Source: Gonapodya sp. JEL0774 (taxonomy: Eukaryota). Taken from it: 43,243 bases of DNA. The translations under genes and the position numbers were made by a program. Under the pieces are notes generated by a model. The model worked only from the letters and a program-made list of their open reading frames with translations, had not been told where the DNA came from and searched no databases. This document shows positions 10,528-21,982 of the stretch, piece after piece. Numbering within the stretch: position 1 is the stretch's first letter; each line of letters opens with the position of its first letter. The stretch spans positions 1 to 43,243 of the forward strand of contig JADIIX010000162.1 of NCBI GenBank assembly GCA_027604505.1, given 5' to 3'.

Positions 10528-13500
10528 ATGCCGATGGAATCCGCCCCACGCGGCCACCGCAACGCGAATGAAACTCCGAGGTCCCTTTCCAAGCTGATTG
10601 AACTTCGCGGTCTCGTCCCCGCTCCCGCTCCCACGTCCCGTTCTCGCTCCGAATTGGCGACAACCCGGGACTTGATCTCTTCAATCCGCATTTCTTCGGT
10701 TTTGAAAGGTCACTCGGGCTGTGTCAATACACTCGCTTGGAGTAACTCGGGACTCTTACTGTGCGTATTTCTATCGCAGCGATGGCGGTGGCTGTGGGAT
10801 GAGGTGGAGTTCGAGGATGAACACAATCACAGCAGCATGAAATTTTCATATTTTCCCAAATGGACACAGCTTCTGATCTTCCCACTGGTGCATATAACCT
10901 GTTTTTGCGTGCTTCTCGGTGCGTGGGACGTCCCGGGTCCGCAGTTCTCGTTCCTATTGTTCGTAAACAAATTGGCGATCCCATCTCGCGCGTCTTATTT
11001 TTCTCCCCTCGTTGCCCGAGGGTGTTTGTTGCTCTGGTCGGGACAGACTCTCGCTCCACACTCACCATCACTCTACTCCATCCCAACACACATGCTTTCC
11101 AGCTCTTCTTCCGACGACCACCTCCTCAACATTTACCGTCCCTTCCATCCGTCACCTCTCGTCCTTTCTGCACCCTCTGGACATACCGCGAACGTCTTTT
11201 CGGCCAGGTTCCTCGGGGATGGCTGTGGTGGCGCGGACGAAGCAAAAGTTGTCAGTTGTGCAGCGGACGGGGCCGTTAGGTGAGCGATGGTAGTGGTTAC
11301 TTTTGTGGGCTGGGTGGTCTTCGGTGGGTAGGGAGTGGGTCAGGATCTGGGATGAGTCAGTTTTATGGCTCCACAACAGTTTGGGTTTTGTGTGTCTGGA
11401 GTGGGACTTGCAATCGAAGAGTGGAGAAACTTAGTGTGCCCGGCTCGCTTGCGGGACCGCGGTTGTGTTTCTCCCTTCAAAGACCAACATTTCATTTTCG
11501 TCATCGAGTACCCTCACTCAACGTGGCCTTCAACTCTTACACTTACCGATCACAAAGATACACCGACCTCACACACCACCCGCCCCTCTCGGGATTCTCT
11601 ACCGCCTCACCTCTCGTCCACGTGCGTATGTAGAGGCTTGGGCTGCACAACCGTTGGAGCGTTGGGGACTGTGAAGAGCGAACGACTCCACACGTTTCTA
11701 CCGTCAATCCTGCTTGCTGAGATCCCCCACTTCTTTTCTTTTCCCTTTTCCATCGAACCCTCATGTTCTACCCCACCACGAAATAAAGCCGCCCATAATT
11801 CCCGCATTCAACTGCCACACCGACATGGCGTTCCAGGTTCTTCCCGATCCTATTGCCCCCGCGGTATTTATGAGCTGCAGTGGTGTGTATCGGGGGTTGG
11901 GTTTGTTGGCAGGCGAAAAAATGCGGACTGAACCATCTTAGGAGGTGTCGGTCGCATTTTGATGTTTGTGTTTTGTGTTTTGGTCGCAGTAGCGTGTACT
12001 GCTAGATTGCTGGATCGGTCGCGTTCAGGATTCGCCCGTTGCGTGTCTTCCCTTACAATCAAAACTGCTCCACTTTCTCACCATGTTTTTGTTCCTGCCG
12101 CTCTTCACATTTGCGCCCTGCCTGGTGATGAACCTCGGAAGAGGACGGCACAGTGAACCAGTATGATATCAGGGTACGCACATCGTGTCAGTGCGATGGG
12201 TGAGTTCTGACATCGCCGGGGAAGGCTTTGTTCTTTCGCCACTCGTGGCAGGGATTGGCAGAGGGTTGCCCCTTACACGCACCGCTGTGATGCGTGGTGG
12301 TGCTGTTAAGTACGATTGCAGTGATCGTCTCACATTTCGGATCACCTCCGTCACCCCCCTCTGCACCGCTGCCCTAACAAACTCATTCAAACACCCGATC
12401 AAACTTTGCCTCTGCCCAACTTCCACACCCGGCTCCCTTCCAGCTGCACCCGCCACACCCTCATCGACATCAACGCCGGCGCGGGCCTCAATCGGTCCAA
12501 AACCGACAAGGCACGCAGCATCCTTAAGTCACGATCTGCACCGCCCCATTCTTCGCCCTCCGACGCTGACGCTGACGCAAACACCAACGCCGACGAACCC
12601 CCATCTCGCCGGCGGCCAATCCCATTCGTCCTTCGAAGCCTGTTCCTTCCCCGACGGGCCGTGGCACCCCTAACCAGCGTCACGGCGATCTCCATAAATC
12701 CCGTTCGCCCGTGGCTCTTGGTGGTCGCGGGGGGCGACGGCGGAGTGAGAGTTGTCGATAGGAGGAAGGTCGTTGTCGGGGGTTGGGTTGACGTAGGAGA
12801 GAGGGACGAGGGGAAGGGGAATGGAGTGGAGTATGTGTGGAGAAAAGAGGGCGTCGGAGGGGGCAGGAGCCGGCGGGGGAGACGGGGGCCGGGGACTGGT
12901 GATGGTGGTGTTGCAGAGGAGGAAGAGGAGGATCCGAGATTGATTCGGGCATCCATCACTTCTGCGCAGTGGACAGAGGACGGAAGAGAGATAGTGGTGA
13001 GCTATTCGAGAGGGAATGTGTGCTTGGTGCGGGTGCCTGAAGCCTTTGGGAGCTCTCAACGGGAGAGAGAGTTGACTAGGGCAGAGAGGGAGCACGAGCA
13101 CGAGGAGGAACGCAAATGTTTGAGTGATATCGGCGACAACAACCACACCGACAGCGACGGGGAGTCAGTCAACGCCATTATTGACCGACTGGTGTTCTCC
13201 TCGTCCCCGTCTTCGACCACCTCATCTCCGCACCGTGCGCTCTGGAATCGCACGGCCGCATCGTCTCGTCGACCTTCCCACCTTGTTGTACAACGGGAAC
13301 AGTGGCGTCGAGTGTATGGAAACGAGAACGTGGAGGTGGATTTTGAGGATAGGGATACAGTGGGGGTGTATGGCGGGCACAAAAATGAGAGAACAATGGT
13401 GTGTTTACGGGTTGCTATGGAGGAAGAGGAGGATGCTGGATGTTGGCAGTAGGATTGACAATTTCGTTGTGATTGTCGTTTTCTGTTCCCAGATCAAGGA

Positions 13501-14042
13501 AGCGATCATGTATGGTGACTACGTTATGTCAGGCGCGGACAATGGGAAGTTGTTCGTTTGGTGAGTAGTTCCAAAGTCGGAGGCAATTGTGCATCTCCGT
13601 TCTGCCTTAGTGCAACACTCTCGACAATGTACAAATCCTTTCTACCACACTGCCGTTGCTCTTCAAGGCATCGCTCCTCTTCCGCACCCCTTTTTACCTT
13701 CCCAGCCGACCGCCGAGTTCTCAACTGCGTCGTCCCACACCCAACTCTTCCCGTCATTGCCTTGTCCGGTATCGATAACACCATCAAGATCGCCGAACCC
13801 ATGGAGCGGGCGAGCGGGGAGGGTGAAGATGGAAGGTCGGATTCTGGATGGCAAGAAGATGGAGAAGACGAGGAGGACGATAGTGACGATGAAGGAGATT
13901 CCATAGCAATTCCTCCGGATTTGTTCCTGAGGATGCTTGGTAGGTGTTCCTTTGCTCCGTATTGCCTTTTGTGACTTTGACTTTGTTCCATCGCTTGGTT
14001 TGGCAAGCGGCACTGGCGGCGGGACGTGGGCAGTCGGAGTGA
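10528..14042 (+). CDS. WD40 DDB1-CUL4-associated factor, DCAF6/DCAF8/WDTC1 family
   Basis: Family motifs in order across exons: LKGHSGCVNTLAWS, SSSDDHLLNIY, SGHTANVFSARFL, KVVSCAADGAVR, FNCHTDMAFQV, AISINPVRPWLLVVAGGDGGVRVVDRR, ITSAQWTEDGREIVVSYS, YGGHKNERTM|IKEA..YVMSGADNGKLFVW, ADRRVLNCVVPHPTLPVIALSGIDNTIKI. Start codon approximate. Confidence 0.9.
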
Positions 14043-14732
14043 TAAAAGCTTCGAGAGCCTTGCCGGAGCGATTTGCATGATCGAGATTGTGGAAGGACTT
14101 TTGGAGTGAACGGAGGTGCTGTGCGAAATCGTTTTTGCATTACAGTTGGCATTGTATTTTGATATCGATTCGAAGACATTTTCATGATTGTGCACCTCCC
14201 GCCATCCACCCAAAAACGAACATCGACAAAGATCAAAGACCTTCTCTGTCACAGTCACCGAGTTTTCGCTCTCACCGATGCTTTCTCGCTCAGCTTCCTC
14301 ATCCAGAGCCGACTCGCCCACTCCATTCCCACCAACAACTCCTTATGTGTAGGGAAAGTGAATGATCCGTTACGGAAAACGCAGCGAACGGTAGAACCCA
14401 AGTCAAAGGGCACCTAAACTCCTTGAGGGTAGCACATGAGCAACCATTGGCGACCACTGGGTTCCCAAGTACAAACTGCAACGCACACTGTACGCCAACG
14501 ATTACTTGAATTTCGATTGGATGTGTCGGCGATGCGACATGGCATTCCGCTAGATTAGTTCTCAGTAGATATAGGGATGCATTATATTCTTGTTGGATCA
14601 CACGTTGATGGTTCTGGTCCCTCTGTATCACGATGAACCCACATGTTCGCAAAGAGAATAAGACCCCTCGGTGTTGAGGGGACAAGGACTGCATCGCTTC
14701 CTTGCTCCAGCTGCTGTGTTTCGGCTCGTTCG

Positions 14733-14798
14733 AGTTTTGGGTATCAAGAACTCGCTGCCTTCACTAGTTTGGGGTATCAAGAACTCGCTGCCTTCACT
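14733..14798. repeat. 33-bp tandem duplication (2 copies, 1 mismatch)
   Basis: AGTTT(T/G)GGGTATCAAGAACTCGCTGCCTTCACT twice. Confidence 0.9.
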
Positions 14799-17660
14799 AT
14801 CCAAAACACCCACGCCCATCTCTACCTCTAATGTGGAGAGAGTACCATGACGCCAGCATTTAGAGCACAGGTGATAGTGGTGAGATACAAACAGTCAATG
14901 TGTGCGGATACAACAGAGAGTCTGTTCAGTATTGTGAACCGCCTCTGTATACAAAATAACCGACAAAATGAAGCGCCCACTCAATGTTGAAGGGCAAGAC
15001 TAGCATAGTTCTGTAAAGAGATGCTTTGTTGTTCGGTTCTGGTTGGGGGGGGGGGGGGGGGGCTGAAAGATGTTGTGCCCCTCATCAGGACCGAACCAGA
15101 CGAACCCATGACTCTGACGGATCGGGGCAGGAAACTTTGCAATGGATGGATGCAATGTTGATCCCTACATTGACAAGGTGGTAAAACATTGCGCAGTGGT
15201 CCGGTACTCTCTGGATGCGTCCGCCGTGGTATTTTGGGAGTTGGCTTCGTCCGAATGAACATTCTTTCCACAGTTACATCCGAGATTGTTAGCTTGGACG
15301 AGGATGACGCCTGTTCCACCGTGTTGCATCTGAATTGCTCGTGTTCAGACCAGGTTCGTCTCACTGTTTTGCATCACCGTCTCGAGTACATATTGAACCT
15401 GTCATTCTAACCTTCAATTTTTTTGCTCCGTCGACCCCTTGATCGCCCCCGCCGATCGACCGTTTCTGCACGAAGATTCCAACTTCGCGCACACCTTATG
15501 CGGAAATGTCCGGAGGCCGGCTGGCCGGGGGGGCAGGACTTGCACGGATCAAGCAAACCGAGCAGGAAGCGTAATTGAATTGGGTGAGTACGGTGTCTGA
15601 TGCGCCTGCGTCGGCGTCTAATACGGACTCCGGAGCGGTGGACACCGAACACGAACTACGGAACCATCTTGAAAGTAAAAGTCAGGATGCCAGGATGCGG
15701 ATTCCAGTTTAGCGAGCAATTCACGTTGGGCGGCGTTTGAGCGGTCTTTGGTCTCAGTTTGTGACTACTATACCCGTTGTCCTCCTGCTTCAGGGTCGGC
15801 ATGGATCGCCCACCCCCTCACTTGCCCGTGCCTCGCTGCAAACCTCGCCCGCCGCTCCGCTTTGCTCTTGCACACCTCGTATACAGCAGCATCCTTGCTT
15901 TTTTCTCAGGCTCAAACCACGTGCAACTCCCCTACACCTTGCTGCTGGTACCTCTTCTGCTTCGTCGGTGCGACCCCTGTTGCCACTGACACCCCCGAAG
16001 CTCCGTTTCACGCACCCGAACTCTCGGCGTTTCCTTCATCCATCTCTCTCGTTCTATTACCGTCCACGCTCCGCTCTCATATCCGCCGCCGCACCACATC
16101 GCACTCCTCGATCTCTGCACTCTCACTACATCCCGCGCCGCATCTCACGTGAGTCACGTCCTCACCAAGGCGCACACAGACCGTCGCAACTCCCTGCATG
16201 CCGCCGCCAACGACTTGAATCGTCTCATGGTCATTTCCACCAACGCAACTGGGAGTACGGCCGCCGGCACCGCACATGGCCGTTAGAGGTCTGTGGAAGC
16301 CGCGAGTGAAGGTGAAAGTCAGGGGAATGGCGAGATGGACTTAGAGAAGGAGCTGAAGAGGGAGAGGTGCCTTCCCTGTGACTGTCCCCGCACACCTTCA
16401 AAGCCTCCATTGCCACCACCCCACATTCCTCCCCCTCACCCACCCGACACCGTCAAGGTCGCCACACGATATCCTCACACGTTTACGTTGACCCTGTTCG
16501 CCTCCGCACCGCCTTGCTCCACGGCTCCTCTGCCGCGTAGACCAACACCACTCCACCACTCCACCACCACACTACCCACCCACCCGCGCACCTACCACCG
16601 CCCACTCCAAGTCCCTCTCTCTCAGTCTACCGATCCCCCCCCACCCACTCCGGCCACCTCGTCCGCGTCGCCTCCAACCCCACGCTCACAGCGACCGAAC
16701 GGTCCCCTGTGGTGTCCTCCCGCGGCCACATATCCGGGGTACCGAGTCACTTCCTGCGTGAGGGGAATGAGAGCAGTGGAGGGGGCGGGTGGGGAGGTGC
16801 GGGGGAGGATAGAATGTGCGAGGCAATGGACGCACGGACACTCACTTCCTCGCCTTCATACCTGATAATGCGTTTGCTCATTTTTGTAGAGGGGAAATCG
16901 TTCCGGAACCGGTCAGTGCGTTGGTGTTGGTGCAATCATCAAGAGTAATTATTGAATTTGGTCAGGCCACCCTGTTTTTTGCACGATGTACCTCCTTTTT
17001 AAACCACATGGTATGGTGACGAAATCGTATGGGTCAAATTGCGCTTCAATGACCATCTTCGCCGCGCTTCATGTCAACAGACGATGTCTTCGGGCGCAAA
17101 ACGCATGGAACGAAGCAGTGGGCAAATGCGGAGGAAGAGCGAGAAGAAGAGCGTGGCTTCTTAGAGGATTGATTGTTTTATTCGTTGCTAATTGTTGTGC
17201 ATAGATAAGTGGTATCAGTAAACAAAATCAATCTTTAATTAATTTCTTTATCACCGTCCCAAGAGACGTGGCGCTAAGATTTCAAAAATAACTCAGCAAA
17301 GTTGGAGGTTGTGGGAGCCGCGTTGCTCGTTGCTACGGAATCCGGTGTTTCTGTTGGGCGTGGAATCTCCGGGTCAGGCGGCTGAAGGCTCCGCTCGGGC
17401 ACCTCGGGGACTCCAATCTCCGATTTCCCGAAGTCAAATATCGCAAGTTACCTGATTCTCCGCGAGTTGTTGAGACAAAGGAGAAGACTAGAATTTAATG
17501 AGATCAGTAATTTTATCTTTCGGTCGAATTTGTCGTTCAAAATGCCTATCGTTCCGAGGGTTTGTTTGGGGTCCCAAGAGGTCGCGAGAGGTCGCTTCTC
17601 CGACGTTTCCAAAACAGGTCACCATTCAAGAAAACGTGCAATCACCATCGAGCATCAATC

Positions 17661-20600
17661 ATGCGCGGCACATTGCTGAGGGCAATCCTGGGACTGCTCG
17701 CTCTCTCCATCCTCCAAGTCCAAGTTTTCGCGATTGGGCCAGGAGGGGGGGGTGGAGGTGGTGGAGGCGGAGGTGAGCTCGCGAGACCGGGATACCCGAA
17801 TCGGAAGTCGGATCCAGCATCATTGGCGCATTTCTTCGCTCAGGAATCGTAACGACGACATCCGCGACGTGAGTTCTTTGGCCTTGGCCTGTCATTATTA
17901 TCGCGCCCCCGCCCTGATACCCCACACCTTACCTGCCCCGCACTCCAATTCTTGGCAGCAAAACCTCGAGTACGACATCGCGAACTAGCAGTACGACTTC
18001 TAAAACAGCTACAACAACATCGACGACCACTCAGACGTAAGAGCTTTGTTTGGTAGAGTCAAACCTGTTTGATCGCATTCAACCACGACAATATCTGTTT
18101 GTCGAAATTTCAGGAAAACAACATCGTAAGTTACATATGATTTAAATACCAATTGTCAAACCACAGAAAAGTTTCTGACATAAGTTCACGTTAAGGCTAA
18201 CACAGAAGACAAGCTCAACCTCTACGTAAGTCGTGCCTGACCTGCAATCATCAGTCCCTTGAAAATCAAACAGCTTTTGCTTGGCTCAGCGGCACGCTGA
18301 CGACTACAGCTACAATCACGTAATTATTCTGAATTTGGGTGCGGGCTGGTTGGTGTTCTCACACTTTTTCGCATTGAACTACTGTCACAGCTCCACCCCC
18401 AGTACTTCCACCGAGAAAACCACGACCGAGACCACAACGTCGCAAACGCCCACCACCACCGAGACCCAGACAACGAGCACTGAATCAACCACCTCGGAAA
18501 CACCGACAACTACGGAGAGCACGACTTCCGAGACTCAAACCACGACTACGGAAAGCACCACTTCAGAGACACCAACGACCACCACAGAGAGTACAACCAG
18601 TGAAACGCAGACCACGACCACCGAGAGCACTACCTCGGAAACTCCCACGACCACCACAGAGAGCACAACCAGCGAGACGCAGACCACGACCACCGAGAGC
18701 ACCACCTCGGAAACACCCACGACCACAACCGAAACAACGACTTCCGAGACTCAGACCACCACCACAGAGACCACGACCTCGGAAACACCCACAACCACCA
18801 CAGAGAGCACAACCTCAGAAACACCAACCACGAGCGAAACTGAAACGTCCACCACCGAGACCACGGAGACAGTGTCTTCAACCACTTCAATGACCATTAC
18901 CGAGACCACCCAGACTCCTGAAACGACGAGTTCAGAAACTACTGCAACTATCACGCCCACGACCTCCTCTCAATCGTAAGTGCAGGTGCTCGCAGCATCT
19001 GAAATACGTCATCTGATCTTGGCTGATGCTCACAGAACCAGCTCATCCGCCACCAAGACGAAAACGTTGGTGTTAGATTGACGATTTGCACTCTGTTAGT
19101 TTCCTTCTCACGGATTTCTCCCTACAGCACCTCTCCCACTACCACCAAATCTGTTACGACCACATCTCAGACTAAAACGAAGACGTGAGATATCGTTCAC
19201 CGTTGTAGTTTCTTCCATTTTATTGCGTTCTTACGCCACGAGTACTCCAGCGCAACCTCCACCTCTACAACAAAAACAAAGTCGACGACCACCCTCACGT
19301 GAGAATAACTTTAATATGTGCGATCATACGTTCCTGCGGGTAATTGCTCTCATAATTCTCCAGCACCACTAAAAGCAAGACTTCGACTTCCACCTCGTGA
19401 GTTCTCAGGAAAGCAACATTATACTCTCTCTTCGGAGACAGTCAAACAAGCTTCGCTGGCTCCAACAATGCTATTGGTTTCAATTCCACAGGGCGACCAA
19501 AACGGCGACATCAACTTCCACGAAATCTGCGACATCAACTGCGACCAAATCTGCCACTAAAAGCTCCACCACGACGGGGACAACCACAAAGTCCGCTACT
19601 ACGACTGCAACACCAACGCAGTCTTCTACCACCTCATATACTGCGAGTACCAGCAGCACGTTGACTATCACAGTGTCTAGTACGACGTCGTTTACTGAAA
19701 CGTGAGCCTGTTTGAATTGAAATTCTCCTGTGTTAAAACACAGCGATAACACGATGCGATTTCCTAGAACCACAACCTTTGAAACCCCCACAACGACTTC
19801 AGAAACGCTAACCAGCTCAACTGAGACAACGACTGAAAGTACCACCTCGGAAACGCCCACAACCACCACAGAGAGCACGACTTCCGAGACCCCGACGACA
19901 ACCACCGAAACAACTACATCTGAGACTACGAGCACCGAATCAACAACTTCGGAAACACCAACTACCACTTCTGAAACACAGACTACGACCACTGAGAGTA
20001 CAACCTCGGAGACCCCTACGACCACCACAGACAGCACCACTTCTGAAACGACCTCCACTGAATCAACCACGTCGGAAACCACCGAAACTGCTTCCACCAC
20101 ATCGTCCATGACGATCACGGAGACCACTCAGACGACAGAAACTCAAACGTCGGAAACTGGAACGACTAGCTCGGAAACAGCCACAGCGTGAGGGTTTCAT
20201 CGTTTCGATTGACCTGTGCTTTCTTTACCGAGCTTGTTATGGCACCACAGTGAACTCACAACCACTTCTATTGTCACGATTCCATTCATCCCGGCACTCT
20301 CCACATCGTGAGTAAAGCACCAGAGTGTTCGATCGTTGTCTTCTCTGAACTCACGAAATTAATCGTTCATCAGTTCCACTACCAAGCCCGGCAAGACCTC
20401 TACCACATCCCGAACCAAAACTAGGACGACGACAAAACGAGCAACTACCACAAAACCGAAACCCACAACCACGACAGTGACCACGAAACCCGCAAAAATC
20501 ACCACGACTATAAAGCGGTCGTGTGACACGATCTACGCATCATACACTGCAGGTAGTGCCATAACAGCCACTGACCAGGCTGATTGGGAAGCTTGGTGAG

Positions 20601-21314
20601 TTCCACCGATCTTGGCAACCCTCCTGAGAGCTTGTCTAACAAGAGTAATTTCTTTCCATGATCCAGGTCGTGCAAAACATGTAGGTTGCAGTCTCCCCAT
20701 GCCGCATTGTCATGCACGTAAATGACTTCTTACAAACGCGATGAAGGGTTCCCCCAAGGGATTGGAAAGTCACGAACTTGCGACACAATATATGATGCGT
20801 TCACAAATGGTGTCGCTATGACTACCCAGGACTTCGCGGACTGGGAAGCTTGGTGAGTGACTGTTTTGGAGTCCGTGGAACCCTGCCAGTTCATTGACAC
20901 CATGTCATCCGTTGACTGTGATTGTTGATACAAATTACAGGATCTGCAAGACATGTGAGTTAGTCGTCCGAGTTGCTCTCATGTGCACCAGGGTTTCTTA
21001 TGGTTCTCTTTGTGCTACGTCTCGGTGCCATTGTAGGGTTCCCGAGCGGCATTGGCTACGTTCGGAGCTGTGACACCATATATCAAGCTTATAAGATCGG
21101 CAACAAGATCACCTCACAAGACATCTCAGATTGGACTGCCTGGTAAGTTGTTGTTCCATGATGTTGATTTGGGTGTGTTCGTGCTGACGTGTTGAATTTA
21201 TTCTACATCCAGGAACTGCAAAACCTGTGAGTAAGACTTACATCTGTGTTTTCTTTGTATGCACTCATCATTTCTGTTATTCAAACAGGGTTCCCGATGG
21301 GCATTGGCAACTAA
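17661..21314 (+). CDS. Secreted Thr/Ser-rich mucin-like protein A with three C-terminal 40-aa Cys/Trp repeats
   Basis: Signal peptide MRGTLLRAILGLLALSILQVQVFA and poly-Gly, an intron at 17773-17843, many small Thr-rich exons, two (ET[P/Q]TTTTE[S/T]TTS)n blocks, then three R[ST]CDTIY...DWxAWxCKTWFPxGIG units. Stop TAA at 21312-21314. Confidence 0.85.
18415..18850 (+). repeat. Coding minisatellite, 36-nt/12-aa unit ET[P/Q]TTTTE[S/T]TTS (gene A block 1)
   Basis: Visible in ORF 18281-18979; protein repeat near-perfect, codons synonymously diverged. Confidence 0.9.
19780..20090 (+). repeat. Coding minisatellite, ET-type repeat (gene A block 2)
   Basis: Visible in ORF 19730-20191. Confidence 0.85.
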
Positions 21315-21982
21315 AGAAATCCAACTTTCGTACAATACAAGGACGGGAGAGGTTAGGTTATATGTGAACACGGGAAACTATAATACTTAGAACCCTACAA
21401 GGTGTACAACAGTAGACATAGAAGAGTGTTGCACGCGTATTACGAGCAGTGTGGCGCACACACCTTAAAGTGCCAGCTTGCCCTCAAAGCCAACAGTATA
21501 GCCTTCAGTCACTCCGTAGTACATAGCGGTTTTGATGTCCTTATCAGAATGTTCGGTCGGTGCCTGTGGACTGACGCCACTCGCAGGATTTCCCGAAATG
21601 GAAAGGGCGCTCTTCCCGCCATATTATTTCGAATTTCATCTGTGAGAGAGAAGGCCGCCCAATTAAATTCGTTACCCATCAAATTCGTTAACTGGCAAAT
21701 GTGTTATCCCGGACATCAATCTTTTGTCTTGTGTACATAACATTATTTACATCCTTCTGTTGCTCATATTCCCTGCGACACAGAGACTTCTCACGGCTGC
21801 CCGCTTCGCTTTTAAAACCATATATATCATTATTCAAGCATATGTACTAGGCAGTATTGATCCTATTTGGGCAAGGCGGAGCCTCAGTGACCCTGAACTG
21901 TGTGGAGAACTTCGTTTCCATTTGCGCACACAAAATCCGCGGACATCAGTAGTTTCACCCCCCACGCTTCAAAAGAAGAAGC

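Noticed and set aside
15737..16950. Pro/Ser-rich plus-strand ORFs with some splice-like sites
   Set aside because: No recognisable domain or coherent exon chain.
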